Sequence record: DRR723986_3114
DNA length: 33,563 nt
Strand: one strand, 5' to 3'
The position numbers were made by a program, and so were the translations under genes. Position 1 is the stretch's first letter, and the number at the start of each line of letters is the position of its first letter. The notes under the pieces were generated by a model. That model saw only the letters and a program-made list of their open reading frames with translations. It made no database searches and was not told the origin of the DNA. Positions 22,114 to 30,313 of this stretch are shown piece by piece.

Positions 22114-22281
22114 CGCTTAGCTCGGCACTACCGCCTTCTGCGGATATACTTTATTCGCTCACTGAGCGATTAAAGCGCGCCATCGACGCGAAAATCACAT
22201 TGGGCAGCAAGTAGCCTGATCAAAACTGGCCGCATTCGGAAGGAAGGTGCAAGAACGGTCAACGTTGAGGCAGCTGGAACT

Positions 22282-22767
22282 ATGACAATCGCCCTATCGC
22301 TTGCTCAGTCGCGTTGGATCGCACTCAGCGTCACATCATTCGGTTTTGCACTTTTCTCCTCCCTCTGTTTGGGGTTTTCGCTACCACCAGATAGCGAGCC
22401 GTCGCACAGCGTCAATGTCACGCCAAACTTCACGACACCGCCTGTGAAGCTACCTCTGGCGCACGGCAAGGCCGTGTCTTTTGGCATAAAAGACTGCAAG
22501 GTATACCGGCTGACAGACGCCGAGGGCGCAGCACCGCACTGGACTCTGCTATTCAAACCCGCCCCGTATTTTTTGCCGCAACAATGCGTGAGAGAACAAC
22601 TCGCGTTTGACGGCAAGTACATTCAAATTGAAATCGGCACGCAGGCCTTGGGTGCAGGAGGCTGCTGCACCACTTACGCGGCCTACCGCAGTCAGGATGG
22701 GGAAAACTGGCAGGTTCGACGCGCTACATCGACGGAGAAATGGCAGGTACTCGACACGCCAAAATAA
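22282..22767 (+). CDS. Hypothetical exported protein (Cys-containing, one Asp-box-like motif)
   Basis: Hydrophobic N-terminal segment, four Cys in the mature part including GGCC, YRSQDGENW motif; no family recognised. Confidence 0.65.
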   Translation: MTIALSLAQSRWIALSVTSFGFALFSSLCLGFSLPPDSEPSHSVNVTPNFTTPPVKLPLAHGKAVSFGIKDCKVYRLTDAEGAAPHWTLLFKPAPYFLPQQCVREQLAFDGKYIQIEIGTQALGAGGCCTTYAAYRSQDGENWQVRRATSTEKWQVLDTPK

Positions 22768-22790
22768 GGCTGCCCGACATCACCCTATTA

Positions 22791-23171
22791 TCACTGTACT
22801 TCGTAGAGCTCCTGCAGCTGGCGCACCCGCGCGTTAGTGAGGTCTGTCAGGCAACTAAGTTCGTCCACGTGCCGGGAGCTACCCCCACTCATTAACCGAA
22901 AGACCGCTGCACAATGTTGGTCCCGATAATTCTGCCAGGCAGCTTGGCCCTGAATTAGGCTGTGCTTGATCTCCTCTCGTTCGACTAAAAAATCCTCAAA
23001 GCCATTATCGTCAATTTTCGCCTGAATCAACGTCAGGGTACCGGCTAGACTCGACTCCGCATCATCAAACGCCGCCTGGGACACACAATACTCTTTCGGG
23101 AAATCACAAATAGGCTCGGCATAACACGCCATTCCTAGCATCAATACGACCGCGATTACACAATATTTCAT
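22791..23171 (-). CDS. LprI/DUF1311-family exported protein
   Basis: Signal peptide MKYCVIAVVLMLGMACYA; pattern L...Q.AW..YRD..C......GGS......L.CL..LT..RV..L; start at ATG 23169-23171 after GAGGT. Confidence 0.8.
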   Translation of the reverse strand: MKYCVIAVVLMLGMACYAEPICDFPKEYCVSQAAFDDAESSLAGTLTLIQAKIDDNGFEDFLVEREEIKHSLIQGQAAWQNYRDQHCAAVFRLMSGGSSRHVDELSCLTDLTNARVRQLQELYEVQ

Positions 23172-23393
23172 CCACCAACCTCTCCCCTTTACGCAGCCCA
23201 GACCGAGCGACTTCCGGCCAACCGCCTTTTCGACTATTCGGGTGGCCTCTCGCGACAGACGACCGACAGCGACGCGAGCAATGTTTGACGCTACCATAGC
23301 AAACGAATGTAGTGTCGAGCATCACTGCCATTGCCGGCGATTAGGCAGAGCAGTTAACGCTGGGCCTCGACACGCTAACGAAGGGAATCACCA

Positions 23394-23816
23394 ATGATTT
23401 CGAGTGAAGGACAAAGGCCCGTCGGCCTGACGGCATCATACCTTCATCAACTCTTCCCTGCGGCCATGGCTACGGCGGTGTTCGCGGCGTTTGCCCATGC
23501 GGGTCTCGTAGCCATCGCCGCACGATCGATCGGGCTGGAGCTGCTCTATATAGCCGGGCTCAGTTTTGTGGTTGCACTAGTCCCGGCCTTGGCCGGCGGG
23601 GCCATTTTACTGCTGATTTGCGGCATATTCGCCCTGCGGCTACCGGCATCGCTATTATTGTTTTTTGTCGTCATTCAAGCCGTGGCCATCGAGCTAGAAA
23701 TGTTATTTTTTGAAGGCGGGTTTAACGACATTTCCTGGGAGTATGGGCTTATCACCGCTCCCGCCTCAGTAGTCGCTTGGTACCGCTCGGTCTACTACGC
23801 TCACAAAAACACATGA
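23394..23816 (+). CDS. Hypothetical inner-membrane protein (about 4 TM segments)
   Basis: AAGGGA SD; long hydrophobic stretches; no family recognised. Confidence 0.65.
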   Translation: MISSEGQRPVGLTASYLHQLFPAAMATAVFAAFAHAGLVAIAARSIGLELLYIAGLSFVVALVPALAGGAILLLICGIFALRLPASLLLFFVVIQAVAIELEMLFFEGGFNDISWEYGLITAPASVVAWYRSVYYAHKNT

Positions 23817-24109
23817 AAAGTGGCATTTACCAACAGCCCAGCAACAGTGGCCTGATATTTATACCCTCGCGGCAGCGAGCTAGCTGGAGAATGAAAACAT
23901 TCAGTAATATCCTATTCCACGACGTTTAAGCAGGCTTTTCAATGGCTTACCAAGCCAATAAGCCAGTCCCGTCGTAGACATTGCACGGATTTCTTCCCTC
24001 CTCGCCTCGAATCACTATCAAGTACAAAAATAGCTGCGTTTCGAGTTTCCAAAGTCGTGTCTAGTGCGTATCATTTGATGAGATGATGCTTTTAACAACG
24101 GAGTTAATC

Positions 24110-24778
24110 ATGCAAGAAAAAGCGGTTTTTCAGTCCACTACCACGGCCCCCGCCGTTGAGGTTAGTAAGGTTCTGCGCAACACCTATATGTTGCTGGGGC
24201 TAACCCTGCTCAATAGTGCGCTGTTTTCCGGTTTGGCGATGGCTATGGAACTTGGGCGCGGTGCAGCCCTGGGCTTGTCACTTGGCGGCCTGGTAATGCT
24301 GTTTGTTGTCAATGCCACAGCAAACTCCGGCAAGGGCTTGATTGCAACCTTTGTGTTTACTGCGCTTATGGGTGCGGCACTGGGCCCTATGCTCAGCGCC
24401 TATCTGGCACTTCCCAATGGCCCTGAACTGGTAATGCAAGCCCTAGGCGGCACAGCACTGGTGTTTTTCGGCCTGTCAGCCTATGCACTGACCACCCGCA
24501 AGGACTTCTCCTTCCTCGGCGGATTCCTGATGGTCGGCCTGCTTGTTATTGTCGTGGCGAGTATTGCCAACATCTTCTTTCAGGTGCCGGCGGCGTCTTT
24601 GGCGATATCGGCAGCAGCCGTCTTCATTATGTCTGGCCTGATCCTGTTTGATACCAGCCGTATTATCCACGGCGGTGAAACAAACTATATCCGCGCCACC
24701 GTTGCGTTGTACCTGGATATCTACAACCTATTCGTACACCTGCTGCACCTACTGGGTGTATTCAGCGGCGACGATTAA
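24110..24778 (+). CDS. yccA: Bax inhibitor-1/YccA family membrane protein
   Basis: KVLRNTYMLL, ALGGT.LVFFGLSAYALTTRKDFSFL, ILFDTSRIIHGGETNYI.ATV.LY; GGAG SD before ATG 24110. Confidence 0.95.
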   Translation: MQEKAVFQSTTTAPAVEVSKVLRNTYMLLGLTLLNSALFSGLAMAMELGRGAALGLSLGGLVMLFVVNATANSGKGLIATFVFTALMGAALGPMLSAYLALPNGPELVMQALGGTALVFFGLSAYALTTRKDFSFLGGFLMVGLLVIVVASIANIFFQVPAASLAISAAAVFIMSGLILFDTSRIIHGGETNYIRATVALYLDIYNLFVHLLHLLGVFSGDD

Positions 24779-24788
24779 GCCCCGTTTC

Positions 24789-24810
24789 GGCCCCACTTTC
24801 AGGTGGGGCC
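24789..24810 (+). terminator. Hairpin after yccA
   Basis: GGCCCCAC-6 nt-GTGGGGCC followed by TTATCT (weak U tract). Confidence 0.5.
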
Positions 24811-24843
24811 TTATCTCTACTCAGCAACTGACCATTCTTTACT

Positions 24844-25188
24844 ATGCGCTTTGCCATTATGCTCAACGGTGTCAACGCAAAGGGCAATACCCCACACGCT
24901 ATTGGCTTCTGCGAAGCGCTGCTTGCCGCCGGGCATGAGTTAGGCTGTATTTTTTTCAGTGGCGAGAGTGTTGCACTGGCAATGTCCGACCCCGACTCGG
25001 CCTCAGAACTAGAACACTGGCAAGCCATCGCTGAGCGATCAGGTACCGAGCTCAGCCTTTGCAGCAATAGCGCGAGCGCACGAGGGTTGACGCCCGAGAA
25101 GCTGCCCGAACATTGTGCGATAGCCGGGCTGGCCTACTGGCTCGAGCAAGACAGCCGCGCACAACGCAGTCTGCGATTTTCGGGGTAG
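24844..25188 (+). CDS. DsrE/TusD-like protein (diverged)
   Basis: MRFAI start, F..A....GHE...IFF....V, conserved Cys in LCSNSASARG, AGL; in the tusD position after yccA. Confidence 0.75.
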   Translation: MRFAIMLNGVNAKGNTPHAIGFCEALLAAGHELGCIFFSGESVALAMSDPDSASELEHWQAIAERSGTELSLCSNSASARGLTPEKLPEHCAIAGLAYWLEQDSRAQRSLRFSG

Positions 25189-25191
25189 ACC

Positions 25192-25482
25192 ATGCTGCTG
25201 CTAGTGAGCCAAAACCACGCACTTCAACACGCCTGCGACTTGGCACTCACCGCCCTCGTGTTTGGCCAAGACGTTCAGTTTGTGTTGTGGCCTGATGTTT
25301 TCGCTTCGCTCAGCGCAAATCCGCCGCTTTGCTCGCAACTCGAGGAATTCGGCCTCACCCGAATCTACACCAGAGGCGCCACGACCACCGCAACTCACGC
25401 GAATGGCATTGAGGTAACCGCACTGAGCGATTCGGCGCTGCAAACCCTAATTGCCAGTGAAGAAAAGGCACTCAGCTTTTGA
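25192..25482 (+). CDS. DsrF/TusC-like protein (diverged, short)
   Basis: A.DLAL....F.Q.V pattern, L..FG...IY, ends ALSF; lies between the tusD-like and tusB-like genes. Confidence 0.6.
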   Translation: MLLLVSQNHALQHACDLALTALVFGQDVQFVLWPDVFASLSANPPLCSQLEEFGLTRIYTRGATTTATHANGIEVTALSDSALQTLIASEEKALSF

Positions 25483-25721
25483 CCACGCTACACCTATTAC
25501 AGGCTAACGACAGCCTGGAACGCGCCCTACCGTGCATTGCCTGCGGTGATGTCGTGGTTTACCTGAATACTCTCGCGGCGCAACACGCGCAATCTATCGG
25601 GCTTGAACGCGCGCAAGAACATTATCAACTCGGCGATCAAGGCCACCCAGAGGCGGTAAGCATCAACTATTCACAACTCGTTACACTGTGCACCCGGTAC
25701 AGACACTGCCTCAGCTGGTAA
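25479..25721 (+). CDS. DsrH/TusB-like protein (diverged, short)
   Basis: MTTLHLL N-terminus and INYSQLV.L......LSW C-terminus typical of DsrH; TTG start overlapping the previous stop. Confidence 0.65.
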   Translation: MTTLHLLQANDSLERALPCIACGDVVVYLNTLAAQHAQSIGLERAQEHYQLGDQGHPEAVSINYSQLVTLCTRYRHCLSW

Positions 25722-25796
25722 AATTCCCCCTCTGTGCAACCATCATCCGGGCGGCTCCCACACCATGAGCGCACGCCCTGGAAACAAAGGCCTGTT

Positions 25797-26780
25797 ATGA
25801 CTGAACACCCCTTCGCACAATATGTGCGAATTCTTGGGAAGGGTAAATCCGGCTCCCGCTCGTTGACGCTGGAAGAAGCGCGCAGCGCCATGACCATGCT
25901 TCTGAATGGTGAGGTGGAAGACGTCCAGCTCGGCGCGTTTTTGATGCTGCTGCGAGTGAAAGAAGAAAGCCCAGAGGAACTGGCAGGTTTCGTCCACGCG
26001 GTGCGCGACAGTCTAACTTTGCCGGGGCTTTCCGTAGACCTGGACTGGGCAAGTTATGCCGGCAAACGGCGCCAGCAAGCCTGGTATCTGTTGGCGGCGC
26101 TGGCGCTGGCCGATAGCGGCGTTCGCACGGTGATGCACGGTGCAGCTGGCCACACAGCAGGCCGCGCCTACAGCGAACAACTTTTGCGGGAACTTGGCGA
26201 GCCTGTGGTAGAAGACCTCTCAGAATGTGCGACGGCACTTGAACAAGGTAATTTCTGCTACCTGCCGTTGCGTTTATTCTGCCCGGGCCTGCAACGGATG
26301 ATGGAGATGCGCCAGTTGTTTGGACTGCGCTCCCCGGTTCATAGCCTCGCCAGGCTAATCAACCCCTTCGCCGCGCCCCACTCTCTGCAAAGTATTTTCC
26401 ACCCCGCCTATAGCGACAGTCACCAACAGGCCGCTGCGCTGCTTAAGCAACCCCATGCTGCAGTATTTAAAGGCGAGGCCGGCGAGGCCGAGCGCAAGCC
26501 GGAGGCTATCTGCAAGGTGAAAACGGTACACAACGGCGTACTGGGCGAACAAGAGTGGCCAAAACTGCTCGACGGCCGCCAAACCTGGCAAACCGAGCTC
26601 AGCGGCCTGTGCCTTCGCGAGGCGTGGTGTGACGACAACATCAGTGAATACGGCAAGTACGCCGTATTAGGCAGCATTGCCATTGCCGTGCAACTTCGCA
26701 CTCCCCAACTTGATATCGATGCAGCCTACGCAAAAGCCACCGAGATCTGGTCTGCGCGCAATCGTAGCCGTTTAGGATAA
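25797..26780 (+). CDS. Glycosyltransferase family 3 / TrpD-like (YbiB-like) protein
   Basis: EHPFAQYVRILGKGK.GSRSL, QLGAFLMLLRVKEE, LDW.SYAGKR, GLRSPVHSL.RL.NP, FKGE.GE.E; this family follows the tus genes in Pseudomonas-like genomes. Confidence 0.85.
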   Translation: MTEHPFAQYVRILGKGKSGSRSLTLEEARSAMTMLLNGEVEDVQLGAFLMLLRVKEESPEELAGFVHAVRDSLTLPGLSVDLDWASYAGKRRQQAWYLLAALALADSGVRTVMHGAAGHTAGRAYSEQLLRELGEPVVEDLSECATALEQGNFCYLPLRLFCPGLQRMMEMRQLFGLRSPVHSLARLINPFAAPHSLQSIFHPAYSDSHQQAAALLKQPHAAVFKGEAGEAERKPEAICKVKTVHNGVLGEQEWPKLLDGRQTWQTELSGLCLREAWCDDNISEYGKYAVLGSIAIAVQLRTPQLDIDAAYAKATEIWSARNRSRLG

Positions 26781-26788
26781 CCACCAAT

Positions 26789-27880
26789 ATGACCAGCCAG
26801 TTCATTCAGCCCGAGCAATACCAACACTTGTTAGACGAAAAAGTAAGTGCTTGTCGCAGCCTGTTTGGCGATCTCGGCCTGCCCTCTCCTCAGGTTTTTC
26901 CGTCTTCCCCCAAGCACTATCGTATGCGTGCTGAATTTCGTGTGTGGCATAACAATGATGACCTGTTCTATGCCATGTTCGACCCTAACGACCCCAAAGT
27001 ACCGCTGCGTGTCGACGACTTCCCCGTAGCCAGCGAGGCGATCTGCAAGCTGATGCCCGTGCTGCGCTCCGAACTCATTAACGCACCCGTGCTGCGCCAC
27101 CGCCTGTTTCAGATCGAATTTCTAAGCACCCTCAGCGGCGACATGTTAGTCAGTCTCATATATCACCGACGGCTTGACGACGCCTGGCAGACGGCTGCCA
27201 CGGCCTTAACGGAGCAGCTTGGCATCAGTATTATCGGCCGCAGCCGAAAACAGAAGTGTGTTATCGGCCAAGACTACGTAGAAGAGACCCTCCCAATCGG
27301 CAACAGCCAATACCACTATCGCCAATACGAGGGCGGCTTTACGCAACCCAATGCTCAGGTAAACTGCAAAATGATCGAGTGGGCCATCGCACATGCCGAA
27401 GGCGACGAAAAGCGCGATCTGTTGGAGCTTTACTGCGGCAACGGTAACTTCACTGCCCCGCTTTCACGCAGCTTTCGCAAAGTTTTGGCCACAGAAATAT
27501 CCAAAACCTCAGTAAAAGCCGCTAGGGAAAACTTCGCTCACAACGGCCTGGATAATATCGATATTCTGCGCATGTCGAGTGAGGAATTTACCAGCGCACT
27601 CAATGGTGAACGGCAGTTTCGGCGAATGGAAGGAAAAGACCTCGCTGACTACGATATTGGCTGCGTACTTGTCGACCCTCCCAGAGCGGGGCTCGACGCC
27701 GGTACGCGCGAGCTCATTGCCCGCTTTGAGCGCATCATCTACATTTCATGCAATCCGCAGACATTGCGCAGAGACCTAGAGCAATTACGCGGCACACATC
27801 ACACAATCGCCTTCGCGCTGTTTGACCAGTTCCCCTACACTGACCACATGGAATGCGGCGTGATTCTGCAAAGACAGTAA
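26789..27880 (+). CDS. trmA: tRNA (uridine(54)-C5)-methyltransferase TrmA
   Basis: [54 protein letters not shown]. Confidence 0.96.
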   Translation: MTSQFIQPEQYQHLLDEKVSACRSLFGDLGLPSPQVFPSSPKHYRMRAEFRVWHNNDDLFYAMFDPNDPKVPLRVDDFPVASEAICKLMPVLRSELINAPVLRHRLFQIEFLSTLSGDMLVSLIYHRRLDDAWQTAATALTEQLGISIIGRSRKQKCVIGQDYVEETLPIGNSQYHYRQYEGGFTQPNAQVNCKMIEWAIAHAEGDEKRDLLELYCGNGNFTAPLSRSFRKVLATEISKTSVKAARENFAHNGLDNIDILRMSSEEFTSALNGERQFRRMEGKDLADYDIGCVLVDPPRAGLDAGTRELIARFERIIYISCNPQTLRRDLEQLRGTHHTIAFALFDQFPYTDHMECGVILQRQ

Positions 27881-27915
27881 AGCCGCCAATAATAGCAACA
27901 AGGATTCTGACAATT

Positions 27916-28197
27916 ATGACCGTCAAACTGACAGATAAAGAAATCGCCGATGCATTGAAACAGCTGCCTCATTGGCAATTAGAAGGCGATAAACTCACTC
28001 GCCAGCTGGAGTTCAATCATTTTGTCGACGCCTTCGCCTTTATGACGCGCGTCGCCCTGCGAGCAGAAAAAATTGATCATCACCCCGACTGGAGCAATAG
28101 CTACAACCGCGTCGATATTGCCCTGACCAGTCACGACGCTGGCGGCCTTACCGCCCGCGACCTTGCCTTAGCGGCCGCTATCGATAAGGAAGTCTAG
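27916..28197 (+). CDS. Pterin-4-alpha-carbinolamine dehydratase
   Basis: AFAFM..VA..AE..DHHP.W...[22 protein letters not shown] 27916 after AGGA. Confidence 0.93.
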   Translation: MTVKLTDKEIADALKQLPHWQLEGDKLTRQLEFNHFVDAFAFMTRVALRAEKIDHHPDWSNSYNRVDIALTSHDAGGLTARDLALAAAIDKEV

Positions 28198-28199
28198 GT

Positions 28200-29033
28200 T
28201 TACAGCACATGAACGCCGGCCTCAATAAGACGGCGGCTTAAATATTCATCCAGCGCATCGAGGTCTTCTGGGTGAATATCGATGACAGTCATGCCGCGTT
28301 GCGCGCAAATCTCGGCACGCGCCATTCTGGCAGACAGCACATCGGGGTGCTCAGTCCCCCCCCACACCTCTAGGCAAAGCTGGTATTCCGGTAGAAAAAA
28401 GTCGACATCGCCTGCCGTTGGCGCGGCCTGTGGCTGCCCACTGGCGTAGCGCAAACCGGCAAAGTACAGCCAGTTGGCAACCTGGCGGTGGGCATCGCTA
28501 CTGCACTGACGGCCATCAGCACTGCGACACTCACTCAGCAAATCATCACCGCGCTGACTGCGCCGGTGGAGCTCACGTAACGGTGGATGCGCCAGCATGT
28601 CCTCAGGCCACATCACATAACTTTGGCCGCTTTGCGGGCTATCACAGGTTTGTCCACCTAATGCCTGACCACTGCCACTTGCCTCCCAGCCACGGCGACC
28701 TGAGACGATATAACCGAGCGCACACAACAGCCGGTTTGTCTGCCTGGCGGAAATACCCAGCGGTTTGCCAAGCTCTGCCGCCGACAGCAAACGCTGACTC
28801 TCCATCGCTTGAAACAGGCGGTGTTCGATAATTGCCGGCGGCCAAACAATATAACGCCCATAACGCTTACTGTTTACGTAACGCCCACCTTCAAATTCAC
28901 CCTTTGCGGTCAGTGCCCAACCATCATCAATTTTCCGTATCCAGCCATAGTCCTTTAACGTGGCAAACAGCTGCTGCACGGGCAGCTCCAGCTGACGCGC
29001 CAGGGCCGAAGTCGACAAGCCGTCCTGACTCAC
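28200..29033 (-). CDS. Hypothetical protein: two tandem winged-helix-like (KilA-C/antirepressor-like) repeats plus a C-terminal PD-(D/E)xK-like domain
   Basis: Internal duplication LS...LA..L......L...L...G.I......W..T..G...GG...S...G.Y..WP; C-terminal S......VANWL...G..Y......DFFLP...LEVWG; GTG start 3 nt after the dUTPase stop. Confidence 0.75.
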   Translation of the reverse strand: MSQDGLSTSALARQLELPVQQLFATLKDYGWIRKIDDGWALTAKGEFEGGRYVNSKRYGRYIVWPPAIIEHRLFQAMESQRLLSAAELGKPLGISARQTNRLLCALGYIVSGRRGWEASGSGQALGGQTCDSPQSGQSYVMWPEDMLAHPPLRELHRRSQRGDDLLSECRSADGRQCSSDAHRQVANWLYFAGLRYASGQPQAAPTAGDVDFFLPEYQLCLEVWGGTEHPDVLSARMARAEICAQRGMTVIDIHPEDLDALDEYLSRRLIEAGVHVL

Positions 29034-29036
29034 GAT

Positions 29037-29675
29037 CTACGCCCCCGGGTAACGCGATGCCAGCGCCGCATAGACCTGGTCGGCAAAATCCGGCGCGTCG
29101 CTATCTAACTCAGTCAGCACTTCCACGAGGTGGACATTATCTTCCTTGCCCACCCAGGTTTTTATGTAGCTACCGTCTTTGTAGCCGTGGTCTTGGCGGA
29201 AGAAATTCAAGACATTCTTGCCAACATATTGGCGATAGAGGGTGACAAAATCCAAGCCGACGGCCAGCAGTAGATCCCTGAATAGGGCCACCGAAAATGA
29301 ACGACTAACCAAGCTGTGGCTGGCCAGCGCCTCCGTTGCGGTTAACACATCAGTCGACTTTTGTTCGCTATTCTCAAGCTCTGCAAGCATCTCTGCGGCA
29401 ATAGCCTCGTGCGATTTACCGGCGGCGAATAAGGCGCTCATACCGAAGTGCCAAATATCAACAACTTCCAGCTGAACCTGCTCGAGATCCGTATCCTGTT
29501 TCTTCCACCACTTATATCCTTGGTGATCCATCAACTCACCACACTCGATCCAAACAGCGCGGTACCACTCGTATTGCTGGTCGATCCACTGCGGATGCAC
29601 GCGCTGGTTCATCCGGTCTTGCATCGCAAGCATGGTACAAAAAGCCTGTTGTTGAGCGTGAGTAGACACCAGCAT
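29037..29675 (-). CDS. Dimeric all-alpha dUTP diphosphatase (dUTPase_2, Campylobacter/trypanosomatid type)
   Basis: W.RA...EC.ELMDH..YKWWK, LEVVDIWHF, Y.GKNVLNFFRQDHGYKDGSY.K.W.GKEDN. Start is ATG 29675 or GTG 29669 (the latter has better SD spacing). Confidence 0.9.
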   Translation of the reverse strand: MLVSTHAQQQAFCTMLAMQDRMNQRVHPQWIDQQYEWYRAVWIECGELMDHQGYKWWKKQDTDLEQVQLEVVDIWHFGMSALFAAGKSHEAIAAEMLAELENSEQKSTDVLTATEALASHSLVSRSFSVALFRDLLLAVGLDFVTLYRQYVGKNVLNFFRQDHGYKDGSYIKTWVGKEDNVHLVEVLTELDSDAPDFADQVYAALASRYPGA

Positions 29676-29729
29676 TTCCCCGTAATTAAAAAACGGGATC
29701 ATCATAAACAATTGATGGGAAAAGAGCAC

Positions 29730-29969
29730 TTACGAAGCGGCTATGCAGCGCTCTCGAAATGTCTCTGAGGCATTGAGCAGGCGCCGCATCGTCGCACTGT
29801 CGAGGCTGGCGCGCTCGTCGCTCTCTACCAGAGGAAGGATGACAGCAGGGATCTGTGCGGCAAAATTTGCGGCATACACCAAGCGCCGCGGCTCTGACCA
29901 GATCATCACCGACGAACTGGGGCCATGCATGGTGTAGCGCTTACTGCGCACACGGTTAGGCTTCCACAT
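29730..29969 (-). CDS. Small hypothetical protein (79 aa)
   Basis: Strong SD GGAGG just upstream of the ATG, overlapping the stop of the previous gene (TAGGAGGCCTCATG). Confidence 0.6.
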   Translation of the reverse strand: MWKPNRVRSKRYTMHGPSSSVMIWSEPRRLVYAANFAAQIPAVILPLVESDERASLDSATMRRLLNASETFRERCIAAS

Positions 29970-29977
29970 GAGGCCTC

Positions 29978-30313
29978 CTAGGCACAGTCGCGCTTGTGTT
30001 GTGTGGGCTTGGACGAATCGAGCACGACGCGCACATTGCGCCCGCAGGCAAAATCAACCACCGGCAGGGGAATGTCGTGAAGCAGTACTGCCACGGCCGC
30101 TTCTGGGAGATCCGGCAGGCAGAGCATGTCCTTGGGCTCGTCGCCCTGAGGGAAGAAGATCAGCAGGTCGTAAATGCTCACCCGCCCATCCTCAACGATT
30201 TTGTGCAACTCAAAGCAGGCACCATCAATTACGCGAGGAAAAACATGATCCACACCCAGGTGGTTCACGTTTCCTTTGTCGTCGTAACCGAGGAGATAAC
30301 TGGCAATGAGCAT
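29978..30313 (-). CDS. Small hypothetical protein (111 aa)
   Basis: AGGAGGT SD before ATG 30311-30313 (MLIASYLLGY...); globular composition; no family recognised. Confidence 0.65.
   Translation of the reverse strand: MLIASYLLGYDDKGNVNHLGVDHVFPRVIDGACFELHKIVEDGRVSIYDLLIFFPQGDEPKDMLCLPDLPEAAVAVLLHDIPLPVVDFACGRNVRVVLDSSKPTQHKRDCA

Noticed and set aside
21843..22173. 80-aa and 79-aa ORFs over tRNA-Ser
   Set aside because: They are translations of the tRNA gene and its flanks.
22200..23400. Integron cassette array (GTTGAGG at 22264, GTTAACG near 23353)
   Set aside because: No properly paired RYYYAAC/GTTRRRY attC boxes, genes alternate in orientation, and there is no intI.
23891..23929. 12-codon ORF MKTFSNILFHDV after GGAG
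   Set aside because: SD-to-ATG spacing is only 1 nt and there is no other support.
23990..24010. Possible attR copy of the tRNA-Ser 3' end (ccctcctcgcc)
   Set aside because: Too short and too mismatched to CCCTGCCCCTCCGCCA to support.
25722..25800. Possible tusE pseudogene remnant (…aaggcctgttatga)
   Set aside because: No frame gives a convincing AGLPKP..C C-terminus; the similarity is at chance level.
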